From positions 5,580,001-5,644,000 of the forward strand of contig JAYWIR010000001.1 in the NCBI GenBank assembly GCA_036172245.1: a stretch of 64,000 bases of DNA. The letters run 5' to 3'. The position numbers and the translations under genes are program-made. This DNA comes from Raillietiella orientalis. Its lineage: Eukaryota. Every line of letters starts with the position of its first letter. The stretch's first letter is position 1. Positions 37,590-50,239 of this stretch are shown here, piece after piece. The notes under the pieces were generated by a model that made no database searches, was not told where the DNA came from, and was given only the letters and a program-made list of their open reading frames with translations.

Positions 37590-39666
37590 CAATATGGGCG
37601 CTCATACGACAGATTGTTGCCATCACAGAGCCCTTCCTGACCTATCTGAGCTCCAGCTGGAGCTCCGCGTTGATAGACATTTTTTTCAGCGGCAGGCAAG
37701 TGTACGGCATTCCGGTGCGCCGCGGCGTGAGGCAGGAAGACAGCCTGAGCCCCTTGCTCTTCAGCACCTACTTCGAGTTAGTGCTGAGGGCGTACAGGGA
37801 TACTCTGGATCTCCTACCGAGCTTGTGCCCCGGTATGCCGGCCGTGTCAGCCTATGCTCATGACTTCTTGCTGCTACTCCTCATGTCTTCCCCTGCAGAC
37901 GTACTCGAGAAATTCTTGGAGCTATTAAGCAGGGGAGAGGGCATGGAGGTGAACAGAGCAAAGTCAAGCGTGTGCTCAGTCGGCGCGACGTGGACTGGGC
38001 AGTCGAACTGGGTCCGTATGGGGATCCCCAAGGTTCGGTACTTCAGGTACCTAGGCGTGAAGATGAGGGACATTTCCCCTACGGAAGCGTGGTCCGGCTA
38101 CCTCCAGAAGGCTAAGTCGGCGCTCGTCCCGTTCGAAGAAGGCAACTTCCTGTTGCCGGAGCGGGCCGTCATTTGGAACACTTTTGTGGACCCTGTAAAC
38201 CGACCCATGTTTTTTGTTTCCTCCCCCCCCTCGATATGGTGGAACGGACGAAGGACCTCCTTCGAAAATCCCGCTGGGGCAATGGGAGGTCCCGAGACCG
38301 ACTAAAAGACTTGTGTGCTCCTCGTCGCGACGGAGGACTTGCACTCCTGACGTTGGAGCGCATGGAAGTTCAATTGAACTTTCGAAGACTGATCTTCGTG
38401 GCACAGAACTGAATCACATATTGGAGCACCCCTTCACGTTTGCTCTTCCGGCTGGCGATCGGTGGCGAAGGACCCGCAATCCTGTTTGCGTGTCACCACC
38501 GCCGGCTCCCATCTCGCGGTTTCCCTTTCCGGTGTGTCGCTGCTCTGGTGAGAGCGAACACGTGGATTCGCGGCCGCCCTGCAAATACTCCCGTCTGGAG
38601 ACAGGAGAAAGGGAGGATGTGGGCCGAGCTCACCCGAGCCCCGCCGGAAGTTACCCGCTGCCGAGAGTTTCAGAAGAACAGCGGACGAACATTGGAGGCG
38701 GTGGATAGTGAACTGACTATGTTGGTCTGCCCACCAGCCACCCCCTTCCCGCAGCGGTGCCCTCCGCTATCGAGGTACATGGTACCAGCCTACCGGCGAA
38801 GTGGGAGGTTTCCTGCGAGATCTCGGCCTGTAGGAAACCCATCGGTGGCTGGACTCTTCATCAGCTGGCTGACACGGCAACAGTAAGAACCCTCTCCAAA
38901 GGACTGAAATGTTGGGGTGAACTCTTCTCCATTCAGCCCGAAGAATTGGAAGTGCCCCCCGTGTTTATAGACAGGAAGCTGCTTCCCCTCAAGTGGCAGC
39001 AATCGGCGCTGCTGATACTGCACTGGGGTCTTCCGTGCAATGCTCACCGGCACTACTGGACCAGGGGAAGCGTATCGCCGAACTCTGAACAGAAGGAGAC
39101 CTTCCCCCACCTCATACTGCAGTGCGTCGCCCTCTGGGACTTCTGGGAACGTTTCTCTGTCTCTTTCGCACCCCGTGGACGATCTCAGAGACTTTTTGAA
39201 GCCCCTCTTCGTGCGGGACGCCACGACGGACGCAGCCGCCATTGCAGCACTGTGCTGCGTGCGCGGTGTCGTCGCGGCAAAGTGTGACGCCGAGAGAGGC
39301 CGGAGCGACGGGGGGGCTGTCCTGCATGCCATCCGCTTCCTGCAGATAGCTTCGAGGTAGTCCCTCCTGGAAAGGGAGAAGGAGGAGTTCACCAGCATCC
39401 TTCAACGGATACAAAGTCCTCACCCACCACGAAATGTGATTCCTTCCCTTCTCCCTAATTAATTTTTGCTTTTTTTTTTGTTTTTTTGTTGCTTGTTAGA
39501 GTTTGTTTCTTTTTTTCTAGTTTTGTTTCATTCCCATCCCCTTCGTGGATGTGATGGACCTCTCCGCTTCCCTCTTGTTTCTAGTGTAATAATTGGAATT
39601 GGTGGACCATAGGCTCATCGATTCCTGTACGAGAAATAAACGCCCGGCGTACCTGAGTGTGAAATC
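37590..39666 (+). mobile_element. Best-preserved L1/Tx1-type LINE copy: RT core, thumb, zf-RVT, 3' UTR and terminus (frameshifted)
   Basis: 'IPVRRGVRQEDSLSPLLF', 'VSAYAHDFLL' (YADD motif), 'GMEVNRAKS', 'FRYLGVKM', 'LKDLCAPRRDGGLAL' and 'LPLKWQQSALLILHWGLPCN...ETFPHLILQC..LWDFW'; terminal motif at 39635-39666. Confidence 0.9.
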
Positions 39667-39669
39667 ACA

Positions 39670-40960
39670 GCGTTTTTCTTCAGTCTGCTTTCAGTGCAGT
39701 AGCGTCGCAGCAAGTCCGTTGCAGTGTCCTGAGGTCGACAGAGCACAGAAATGAGTCTCCGCCACAAGTCTCGAGGGCATTGCAGTCCAAAAAAAGATGC
39801 GAGAGCGATCCCATCGCCCCGCAATTTGAAGAGTTCAGGGAGGCAACTCACCCGGGAAACAGGTGTCTGCGCTGGTTGCACCGGAAATCCTCAGTGCGGA
39901 GGTAGCGGAACATCCTGGACGTTTCCAGGGAAGCGTAAGCACGGAAGTGTCTGCACAAGGGAGAGGGGACACGATTTTTTCGGGGAGGAGAGGCACACCA
40001 AAGGAGCCCCTTCTCCCGGAAACGGCGAGTGACACCGTCCACCGTCCCTCTCGTCTCGCAGCCGTCGAGGAGTTTCTGAACTCCTACAGCCTTGCAGGAG
40101 CACAACCACCCCCAGCTAAGCTGCCGTCGTTGCTTTCCCTGAGGGCAGACGGTGCTGTGGCAAGGGGAGAGACGGCTGCCCGGGACCACTGCGCTCGGTC
40201 TTGCAGGGGATCTCCCGGCGGACGACTATGAAAGCTTCCGCAGCGGACGAGATTTCTCTGGGCGCACTCCCACAGCGTCCACCCGGGACTCAGATGCCTC
40301 CTACCTCTGGACGTCTCGGTTTTGTGGGCGGCAGGAGATTCACTGGTGGGCCACCAGAAGCGGGGCACATGCCTCATTGGGTAAGCAAATCCAGTCCTCT
40401 TAACTGGGTTGGGAGGCAACAGCGAAAGAGGTCCTGAGCTTCCAGCTCATCGCGAGAAGATGGGGCATGCCAGACACATCAGTGACAAGTTCACAATTTG
40501 GTACAAGAGGTAAAAAGTCGAAATTGCTCCTGCAGTCCGATCTCGTGGATGGTTGGGATACCCAAGCAGGCATCCTTGCGCAGCTCAACCAAGTCTTTTA
40601 GTCGGACTTGGAGCGCCTCACGAGACTTTTCTTAGGAGGCGCTGCGCCCGGAGCTTCATCGAATAAGAGAGTTCCTGAGTCTCCATTACGCTCTGCAAGA
40701 ATCTATCGCCGGAAGCGCATCACGGGATGCTCTACGAGATGGCATGCGAGATGCGGAGAGAAAACTAACCACATCTCATATGGCAATCGCTCCTTTAGAA
40801 ACGGTTGCCGCGCTCGGACGGTAAAAACTTGTTGCCTCCGATCTCATTTGCAACTCTCGCATGCCCAAATCACCAGTTACCATTGACCCGCCGGAGCCTG
40901 TCAAGGAGAGGACGGGCGGCTCGAGGTCTTCGCGCCGGTCTTCGCTGCCGCCTAATATTG
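39670..40960 (-). mobile_element. Decayed LINE ORF1 followed by a deleted copy of the OTU-like module
   Basis: 'ELVTDVSGMPHL' (ORF1 Y.G.P region). 40230-40400 matches the reverse complement of 63290-63460, and 40030-40225 matches the reverse complement of 63790-63995. Confidence 0.6.
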
Positions 40961-40965
40961 GCTTT

Positions 40966-42950
40966 GGTTTCTCACTCGGGTACGCCGGAGAATTTATTTG
41001 AACAAAAATGAACATTTACAGAAGACTGTGGTTGAACCGGTGGTCACGATAAAACGCACGTGGTTGCACGTACGTTTTATCTGGATCCTTCCGGATTACC
41101 GGTTCGCAGACCGCTGAGGTCCGCCAAGGCAGCAGAGGGGAAGAGGCAAACAAAAAGAAAAAATAAATAAATAAACAAATTTAGAGGGGTATGGGAAGGG
41201 GTTACATTCTTCTGGGTGCGGTCCTCTGCATCCTCGGCAAGATGCCTGCAAGCTCTTGCTGCCTTCAGTTCTTCAGGTGGGGCCATCTTTTCGCCATCCT
41301 CGTGAAGCGGACGGCGAAGTGGATGTGGCACCATTGTCGCTCGGTCCTATTGCGTCGCTCCAGGCAGCGACGATCCCGCGTAAGCAGCAGAGGGTTGCTA
41401 GCGAGGCTGCTGGCCGAAGGGCGTCACGTTGTAGGAGGGGTCTTGATGAGTCCCTAGGGTCGCCTCCGGAGGTTCCTAGAGTCGCGGCAAAGCGTTCCCA
41501 AAGGGACTGGAGGACAACGCTATCTACAAGCAGGTGGGGGAGGGTTTCGCACTCTCCGCACTTGGCACAGTTTGGACCCACCTCCCATCCTTCGTGTCCA
41601 GTGATGCTTGCGGCTGTTGCACGGAAGATCCCAGTGCAGCAGTATTAGCGTCACTTCATTGGGCTGTTGTGAGTGTCCAAAAGCACTGGGGGGACCATTG
41701 ACTTTGCGGTAATCTCTCCCGGCCTTTTCTTCTTTTCCAGGTATCTTGCTGCGTTTTTTCGATGTCCAGCGGAACGGAAGCGTAAACGCAACGAAAGGGT
41801 TGTTCGGAGGATAAGCTTTTCACTTTTCAAGCTCCAGGAAGGGGAAGAGTCTGAACTTCAAACGCTCACGGGAACCACCTTGATGAGGTCTCTGAAGATT
41901 GCGCCGGAGAGACTCTTTTGGTGGACTCCAGACGGTGGCCAAACTGGGATCTCTCCGCATCCGGGTCGCAAAGAGATGCAACACAAGAGTGCTTCCTCCC
42001 AGTAAGACAAACTCCTGCTGGAAAAGAAAAGGTCTTTCACCTCCACCCTGACTTGGACCTGCCCGAGTTGCTTCCGATCTGCTGTGCGAGGTGCTTTTCA
42101 GGGCTACCGCTAACAGCAAGTCGGCGAGGATTTTCCCGGTGAACCTTCTGTTGATACCATTGCAACTGACAGGCGGTTCTTATGAGGAAGCCGCACGCAA
42201 ATGCTGAAGAGGAGAGGAGCCATGAGAAGGTCGATCATCTTGCAACTTCTTTCGCAAGTGCTGAAGATTGCAGCATGGGAACAACCTAACGTACGTTGCC
42301 TATCAGCTCACCGCTTCCAGGTGCTCCTTTTCCGAAGAGTTCAGATGAGACACATGCGAAGTGACTCAGTGGACGAAGCGACGAAGCGAATGGGGTACCT
42401 GGATGCTCAACCCTTCAATCCCGCTGTTCAGTTTGCGAGGAAGCTCGCATCTCGATAGGAAGCTCCCGTGAGAACTGCGAGACGCCATCGGCCTCTGTTC
42501 ATTCGAAGATGCGAGTTCGGCGCTGCGCACGTATCTCCACACTCACTCGAGATCAATCAGTGAACGGAGAGGAATCGAAGAAAAGCCATACCGGAAATAG
42601 CAAGGCACAAGTGGCGGCGAGATCAAAATTACTGAATGAAGAAGTAGCAGAATTAGAGAAAGAACTCCCAGGGAAGTAAGAAATGAAACGTATGGTAACG
42701 GATGAAGCACCTAACATCTGGAGGAGAAAGACATTGGTGTCCCTGACCGACTTCGCAGAAAGACCATGTCGAACCGAGGTCAGCAACGTACGAGTTAAAG
42801 CATCGATACAGGAAAATCCTAACGACACCGTTACGATCTCAAAAACCATTTTGTGCAGCTATCCACACATTGTACTGACCACCCCAACCAGTGGGAAAAC
42901 TCCTGACTGGCTGCATGACCACCTCCACGCGCTTTCGTACAAAAAGACTC
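40966..42950 (-). mobile_element. Internally deleted LINE: EN start, RT pieces, zf-RVT, 3' terminus
   Basis: 'FEIVTVSLG...RDTNVFLLQ', 'LMAPLLFSI', 'SLSYWEEALL' and 'PNCAKCGECETLPHLLVDSVVLQSLWERF'; terminal motif at 40966-40998. Confidence 0.75.
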
Positions 42951-42971
42951 CTTCGATGGAATGCACCACTT

Positions 42972-44240
42972 GGTTTATCATCCGGTCACTCCGGGACGTT
43001 TATTATGAAAAATAAGCATACATGTGTAGGGCCATCAGCCCTACATTGTCCGAAAGTGCTTGGAACCTGCCGAGTAACCTGCACGCAGACCGGAAAGGTT
43101 CGTCTCGGCAGCGGAGGGGGAGGAGGCAAACAAAATAAAAATACAAGGAAAAAATATGTACAAAAAATTGGGGGGGTTAGGAAAATTGGGGGGATTACCG
43201 GGAGCTGGAGGGAGTTTTCTGTATCCTTTCCAGGAAGCCGGCAAGTTCCTTCTGAGTATGTCTCATCTAGCTGCCGTCCTCATGGAGCCCAAGCTGAACA
43301 TGGCGTCCCTATCGCGCCGTCCTCCTCTCGCGTAGCTCCATACCTCCACAGTCTCACGTAGGCAACAAAGAGCTGCTAGGGCTGCAGCAGGCGAAAGGGC
43401 ATCGTGCACGAAGAGGCCCTTCGCCACGTCCCTGGGATTTTCTCATCGGTGCACCAAGGACCGTTGCGTAGCGCAACCACAGGAGGCGGAAAGCAACACA
43501 GTCTACGAGCAGGTGCAAGAGAAATTATCGTTTCCCGCACCTGCAACAGTTGGGATCCACAGTCACCCAGCTCCAGGGAGAGAGGCCAGCATTGTACGGG
43601 AGACAACAGTGTTGCTGCCCCTTCAGGGAGAGGATCCGGTTGTTCTTCAGCTCTGGGAGCCACTCCAGATCTTCCTGCAGGATTCCCAGCAGCTCATCCC
43701 AGAGCAATACTCCTTCCTGGGGTCGCAGCTCCCGTGATCTGACCCGTGGTCCAACCACCTAGTTCCCTCGTCTTCTGACTGATTTCGCAACTGACCTCCC
43801 ATTTGGCCGGCTGGTTACTGTCCAAGTGCTCCCTGATGGAAAGCACTTCCTCGGCTAGGAAGGTTTTCGAGCCCACTGACACGTGGCGGACTGCACGATG
43901 ACGTCCTGCAGCGAGCGGTTGTTGTAGGAGTGTAGCAGTCGCCGCCGCATCTCCGGGCTCACTTCGTTGTTCTGGGCCCATGTGCGAGCGGTTTCCTGCA
44001 ACCAGGCACTACCGTTAGTGGGCCGGCAGAAGATCGAGTTGTTGGTCCTGGTCAGCTAGGCCACCCACCGGATCTCCATCCCGCAGCGGGACACGTTGTG
44101 TCTGCTCCAGTCTCAAGAAGCTGGTGGCTAGCTTGACCAGATATCGTGAAGGCTCGCACCAGTTTGTGCTTTAAAACTTAGCCTTTAGGGCTAGAGTCCT
44201 CCGGAGCACCTTGGTGTGCCCTCCGAAGAACTCGTGGTCC
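42972..44240 (-). mobile_element. 5'-truncated LINE 3' portion; close relative of 54480-55754
   Basis: 'QPAKWEVSCEIS', 'VLLWDELLGILQEDLEWLPELKNNRILSLKGQQ' and 'DPNCCRCGK'; terminal motif at 42972-43004. Confidence 0.85.
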
Positions 44241-44249
44241 CACCCCTAT

Positions 44250-44900
44250 GTGTGAACACCTCCGTCTTCTCACTACGGAGGAAATCATAGGATGCTCTGC
44301 TGTTTCTGCACTGGAGATTCCAAGGCAGTCATCGTGGACACCTGGTTTCCGGGGGAGTTGCCTCCGTGAAAATCATGCGCTGTTATTCCTGAAATTCTGG
44401 TGCATCGCGCCAGTGCGCGATGGACAAGACGAAGCTAAGCAAGAAGAGTTCGAAGAAAAAAAAAGAAAATACCAATAAAACTGTTGGTGTGTTTCTGGAG
44501 AACTATTTTTCTTCCAAGGTCTGGCACACATCCAAAGCTGAGCAGAGGGAATATTTCAGATCTGCACGGTAAACTAAGCAGCAACATCTGAAATTCTTCT
44601 TGCGATCATATGCACATTCGCAGATTTCTGCTTCTGTTACATGCACGAGTTCACGCAGCCGTTGCACACCTTGTGTCCAGTGGATGCACATAATGGACTG
44701 TCCATCATCCACGTTAAAAAGGGAGTGCCGCTTATTCATGAGAAGTGGAATGGCTCCTACTGCCAGCCATCGAGACTCTCTGCTGCTACCTCCGCGGAAC
44801 AAAAATAGCCATAAGCCATAAGCGACTCCGGAAGAAACCAGATCAGCAGAGACGCAACGCGTACTATGACCCTTCTGCTAAGGAAGAGATGGACGCACCC
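44250..44900 (-). mobile_element. Possible LINE EN-RT linker fragment
   Basis: Protein-like minus-strand ORF 44503-44802 adjacent to LINE pieces, with no decisive motif. Confidence 0.25.
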
Positions 44901-45269
44901 GTCGACGAGCCGGTTTCCAGGAGAGGTTGCAAAGGGTGCCAAGAAATCATCTCTTTAATCCTTCCCTTTCCCTCTTTCCCTCCATTGGTTGTTTTTATTT
45001 TTGTTTCTTTCCTTCCCCCACCTCCCTTCGTTTCTTCTGAGACGGACTTTGCGAGGCAGCCTACTGTTCACCTTTTCACGCGGTCAGGAGGTAGCGCTTC
45101 TTCAGGAAAGATTAACAAACAAGTAGGGAGCGCAGTCCCCCAAACAAAGGCAAAAACAAACAAAAGAAGCTCGTTGGGAGGGCCCACCGACACGCAGGTC
45201 AGTCTTTGGGGCAGTTCGGGGCAGGAGAAAAGAGGACGATAAATAGAGGGGTGGGTGGGAACAGGGGGG

Positions 45270-45900
45270 CTCTTTGGCATGGGCCGCCTCTTCCTTCCGG
45301 TACCGTCGGATGCTGCACATCTCCGACTTGAGTTCTTCGTGCAGGCGAGCGGCCACCTCGCAGGCACCCTCACGTAGGCAGCTGCTACGCTGGCGGGTGA
45401 ATTTCTCTTCGTTGCTGCGTCCGAGACTCCAGCACGTGGCAGGCTGTGACAGTGGCGTGAAGACGGCCATCTCTTCACGATGGTCGCGGTGCTTGCGGAG
45501 GGTCCGCCGCGCTCGCGAAGAATCTCCGCATCTCGACAGTGTCCTGAGGCTTTCGGGTGCAGGAGCGCTGAAGACGGAAGCCTCCTCCACAGCCCGTGGG
45601 GAGGCGCCGCAATCCAGCTCGGCAGCGTCGGGACACACAAATCCCCCACAGAAGAGGTACCGACTCCTGTCGCCCTGGAAACCTCCCCGGTGCAAACGTG
45701 GTGGAAAAAGAGATGCCCCAGTTCTTCGGGGGGGGGAAGGAGAAGAGTGGACACCCCATGTAAGTTGCCCTGCCAGAGTCCCATTGCCCGGGAATGAGGG
45801 ATGGAGGCTTCCACCAGCTCGCTCGTCGTTGTCCGGGCGACCAGAGTTTCGAAACTTCGGCAATGGCGCAGGAGATTTCCCACCCCTCTCGCTGGCTACT
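45270..45900 (-). mobile_element. Probable decayed Tx1-like ORF1
   Basis: 'PHSRAMGLWQGNLHG' (resembling the GIW.G.R motif) followed by Cys-containing remnants. Confidence 0.35.
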
Positions 45901-46349
45901 GTCGTTTGTCCTTAGGGTAGACAGCGTAACTGTTTAGTAGGGACGTTGCTATGGAGTAACGAGTCTGCTGTATAGCACACTGGGATTTGGAATCGAACTA
46001 TGGATAAGGAAGTCTTTTTGTTGAAGGGGAACATTCTTTGACAACATACGCCTTGGTGTCACCTGATGCGAGCAAAGGAGCGATCCGATGGTCGCCTGAT
46101 GCTTGGGTCGCCAGAACCAGCAGGCTCCCAAGTGATGGAATGGCCGCAGATCGCTAGGCGACAGACGCAGCACACCTGGAAAGAAGTGGCGTGCCGGGTT
46201 ACCGACTTCTTGGTCCCGGAAGCACTCTCGGAATGTATACTGGAAACCTCGGTAAGACCATCGTTAGCGTTAAGGGCCACATCTCTGTCTGGATGGAGGA
46301 TAAGACGAGGAAAATGACCTGACCAGCTCGAGAGCGAGGCAAAGCTTGG

Positions 46350-47760
46350 ATTTTTCATCTGTTTACGCCCCCGGAAACGCGCTTCGTAAGCAGCAAGATG
46401 CGTATGAATGAAAAGAATTGAGAATCGGGGATCCCATGGACGGAAATTCTCAGTGAGGGTCGCTGGTGTTTTCGTGTGGATTCCAAAAGAGCTATGCTTC
46501 TTTCATGTCTTCTTTTTTTGTTATGACGGCTTGCTACCACGAGCCGTAGGTTCTTTTCCATCCAAGACTCGCGCGCCGGCTAATGAAAATACTTCATATG
46601 CAGAGAGCCCCAACTCGGACGATTAAACTGGCACCTTCTACGACGCGCTCTTTGAGAGGAGAGAGGTCCTCAAGACCTGGGAGACTGGAATGGTGTGTTA
46701 CTCCCGCTCCCGGACGGAAGGCCGCCATGCTTCCCGAAATGGATCTAGAAGAGGAAGTCTCCATCATCGAGTCTCCACCACCTTCAGCTCAGTCAGATGC
46801 GTAGTATCCCCTGGAAGAAAGTCTCGGAGAACATTGGGAGACTGTGTCATTTCGATGGATCTCATGGAAGCTGATCTAACTCTTCCTCCTTTTGAAGTGG
46901 ACTGATGAGCTCTCATCCACGGATTGATGGATTCATCCAAGGTGTCCGTTCGGAGTATCCTGACGGTCGGGGAGACGGCGTATCGCAGACAGAAGCGTAG
47001 TTGCAGGAGATGTGAAGATGCCTGGTGTACTAAGAGGCCGCCTGAGGCATTCCCTCCCTCACATTCAGAGGCAACGACCGAAGATGCTGAAGCTGGGATC
47101 CCACTGGAAGGATCTGGGAAGTGGTTTCCTGCGATAGCCTCATTCTTGGAGGGAGGAACTCTCTTCTCCTTCCAGACCAAGTACTGCTCGTGATAGGGAG
47201 AACAGTAGATCAGGACGACGCCGAGCTCACCCACGACCCATTCAGAAGTGCTCGGGGGAAGAAAGGAGACCAAACCCAAAGACCTTCTTGCCACCCTGCA
47301 GAGCACGGATGTTTAGGGGATCGTCCGAGCCCCAACAGTCGCTCACTGGTGCCCTGGAGTGTTCTCAAAATGAAAGGGCGGCACTAAGAGGTTGCGACTG
47401 CACCTCGACGGGATGGAACGTCTCGTGGTTACCTCCGAAATCCAAACTGGCTGGTCATGTATACTTGACCCATAGGTTGAGGCATCCTCTCGATGAGGGG
47501 ATGACCCAGAACGTCTGCTATCGGCAAGAACCGGTGGCAGTTGATTAGGATGGGACGGAAGATCTTTAGAGGCAATGCTGCAACCCCATGCGGACAGAGC
47601 AAGAAGACGGCCAAGAGAATGGCTCAGTCCACAAAATCTTTCACCCGACGGAGAGAATTCCTCCACCTCACAGCAGCTTGCGTTTGAAAGAAGAGGGTTG
47701 TCCGAAGTGCGCAAATCCAGGATTCCCGGATGCAAGGATGTCCAGGGGAAGATTCAGGAA
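46350..47760 (-). mobile_element. Decayed Tx1-like ORF1 plus start of endonuclease
   Basis: 'WVVGELGVVLIYCSPYHEQYLVWKEKRV' and 'YTRHLHISCNYASVCDT' (knuckle remnant); inverted homology with 47950-48260. Confidence 0.6.
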
Positions 47761-47939
47761 TTTAGTTTAAAAGCCAAGAAGAAATCAGAGACGAATGCAG
47801 AGGAAGGAAGGAAGCCAAAAAGATAACCTAAGAGAAGGATGCTCCGTATTTGAAGCATGCAGACCACAGATGTTAAACACTGGTACAGCAATCTTCAGGT
47901 GGTCCAAAGCAAAAGACAGACAGCGTTTCAATTAATCAT

Positions 47940-48600
47940 TCCTGAAATGGGAATCCTATGGGTCAGCTCTTCGCATCGCCCCTCCATTTTGAGGGCACCA
48001 GTGAGCCAACTGTTGGGATTCGGACGATCACCTGAACATCACTCCGCAGGGTGGTATGGAGGTCTTTCTTCCCCCGAGCACTTCTACACTTTGATCTTAG
48101 CCAAAAGGCCGAGAAGCGATAAACTTCTAAACGGGTCGTGGGTGCGCTCGGCGTCGTCCTGGTCAACCGTTCTTCCTATCACGAGCAGTACCAGATCTGG
48201 AAAGAGAAGAGGGTCCACTTCAAGGATCAGAATTTTCCGGGAAAGGGTCCTGAAGTTCCCAGTTGGACTCTGAGCACGAAGGAGGGTGCCGGAAGTGTCT
48301 TCATTCCTGGAAGGACCTCCAATCAATTGTTCCAAAAGGATACGTAGGAATCGATGCAAAAGGGCCAGGGATTTCATTCCCGTGGGAGACCTCGGAACCG
48401 TCTGTTGCCGAAGAGCAAGACGGGTCGGGACGCCGAAGCATCTGAAAGGTCGCCTTCGAGAAGCAACTGCAAGACCTATGCAGCGAGCGAGGTGGAGCAT
48501 CGCATCCTGCTCGGCCAGGGAGGGTTCGATTCCAGCGACGGACTTCCCCAAGGGAAAGCGTCTTTCCGAACCGCTGACCGAAAGACACGCGGAGGGACGT
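47940..48600 (+). mobile_element. Decayed Tx1-like ORF1, inverted relative of 47120-47480
   Basis: 'VGALGVVLVNRSSYHEQYQIWKEKRVHFK'; shared DNA blocks gggcaccagtgagc and tcggacgatc.cct.aacatc. Confidence 0.6.
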
Positions 48601-48619
48601 ATCCAGCATCCAAAAGGGT

Positions 48620-49600
48620 CTCTACGCAAAGACCGGCAACGCGGATGAAACACCTGATCATTCCCGACTTGGGGGGTAGTCTTCCCGAGGGCATGTCCTC
48701 TGCAGGTCTTTGCCTCGGAGTCCGCACCAGGAGTAATCCCGTGCAGTAAATCAAAGGGCCACCAACTGCTTGAGGCAGAAGGCGGAGGGAGGGTGTTCTC
48801 GAAGGGCCACGAGAGACTCTGAGCTGAGAGCCGTTCCACGCGCGAGGTCACCAGCCGGTCGCCTCACCTGCCCCCTGTAAAGTCCTTTCACGTTGTCCCC
48901 CAGATGCAACTAAAGCATCCGGTCCGCTCACAGTGCAGGGGTGCCCCGTTGAGAAAACGCCTTTCTGAAGTCTTCCGAGTGTCGAATGAAATCCTTCCGT
49001 GCGTGAAGTCATCGCTCATCTCAGATGCACTTGCCGGTTCCCATTCGATTCGGCTTACCGCTTCGAAAAGCTGCTCCTCCGCATCACAAACCTGCCGGAG
49101 CTCGGGACTGCACCCAGCAAGGCTGGAGTCCCCAGGAACTGATCTCAGTGTAAGTGCGTGGGAACACAGCCGGTGCTCGAGCTGCTAGAAAAGACGAAGC
49201 CTGAAGGGGTTTGCAGCTTCCGTGGGACGATCCGCAGCTTTGCGAGTGTGCGGAGACGCGTGGCCGCTTCCTGATGTTCATCCGCGCGCACCTTAGCAAC
49301 GCGGAGATGCTGCAGGGAACGACTCGGAGGTAGGTTCGAGTGTGAGCGTGGAACCAGGAACCAGCGTCCACGTCTTTCCGCTCAAGAAAGGATCCCACGT
49401 AGTCTCGTCCACCGGCGACGGTTCCTTCTGAATCCTTCAGCGGAGGAGGAGGCGCACGTGAAGGAATCCGCCAGCCGCGGAAGGTCCGTTCCGACGAGCC
49501 CTTCATCGAGCAAGAACCAGTTCGTTCGGCCGGCAGTGGCGGTCTCCTCTCGGCGCGCACGAGAGCGTTCCCGGTTTTGCATTTATGCAAAGCTGACACG
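48620..49600 (-). mobile_element. Decayed LINE EN C-terminus and linker
   Basis: 'HGITPGADSEAKTCRGHALGKTTPQVGND' (resembling PIT..E......GK.PG.DG), with an EN-like stretch at 49200-49400. Confidence 0.4.
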
Positions 49601-49649
49601 CGAAAGCAATTCCATAAATGGAGAGTCCTCTTGCTCTTTCTTCCTTTTC

Positions 49650-49683
<34 letters not shown>

Positions 49684-50239
49684 AGCTGCGGGATGAATTC
49701 TGGAAGAGAAAACGATCGCAATCAATTGTGCTGCCAAAATGGAGTCGGCTCACGGATGGCGCGTCCTATGGTAGCAAAAACAAGAGCAGGGAAGGAGCCT
49801 GCAGACCGCTACAAATAGCTGAAGAGTTAGCAAATCGCAGACGCGGGGAGGGAGGGATGAAGGGTCCCGTAAAAACGTTCCGTGAAATGCGTCGAATTAT
49901 GGGAGTAGTGAGGAGACAAAGGGATTTTCCATCCGCCAGGTGGAGAGCGATGGAACTTCCTGGACTTCCGGTTCCAGAACCCGCTCTAAGGTGTGGAATA
50001 AATAAAAAAAAATAAAATAGAGGGTCCCTTTGCCTCTACAAAGCGGGTTCTTTGATACGCTGGTTTCCAATTACACGTGAGACGACTTCCTATAGAATCG
50101 TTTCCAATGGATACCCTCTGAAAGAATGAGCGAGAGCGAAGGCAGAATTCTCTCACGAGGGCAAACGCATGTGCTCAATCGGAAGGTCGAGCGGGGTTTC
50201 TTCTCTGAGCCGGAGGCTGAGAGATTTCCATCTCGAAAC

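Noticed and set aside
37670-38305. Intact, active reverse transcriptase gene
   Set aside because: YADD is changed to YAHD, the frame breaks repeatedly downstream, and the RT N-terminal motifs are missing.
39760-39830. 'LFKLRGDGIALASFF...LWRRL' as a second OTU catalytic motif
   Set aside because: It has no NC/LF match and lies downstream of the segment that aligns to the OTU C-terminal part, so it is probably a chance GDG.
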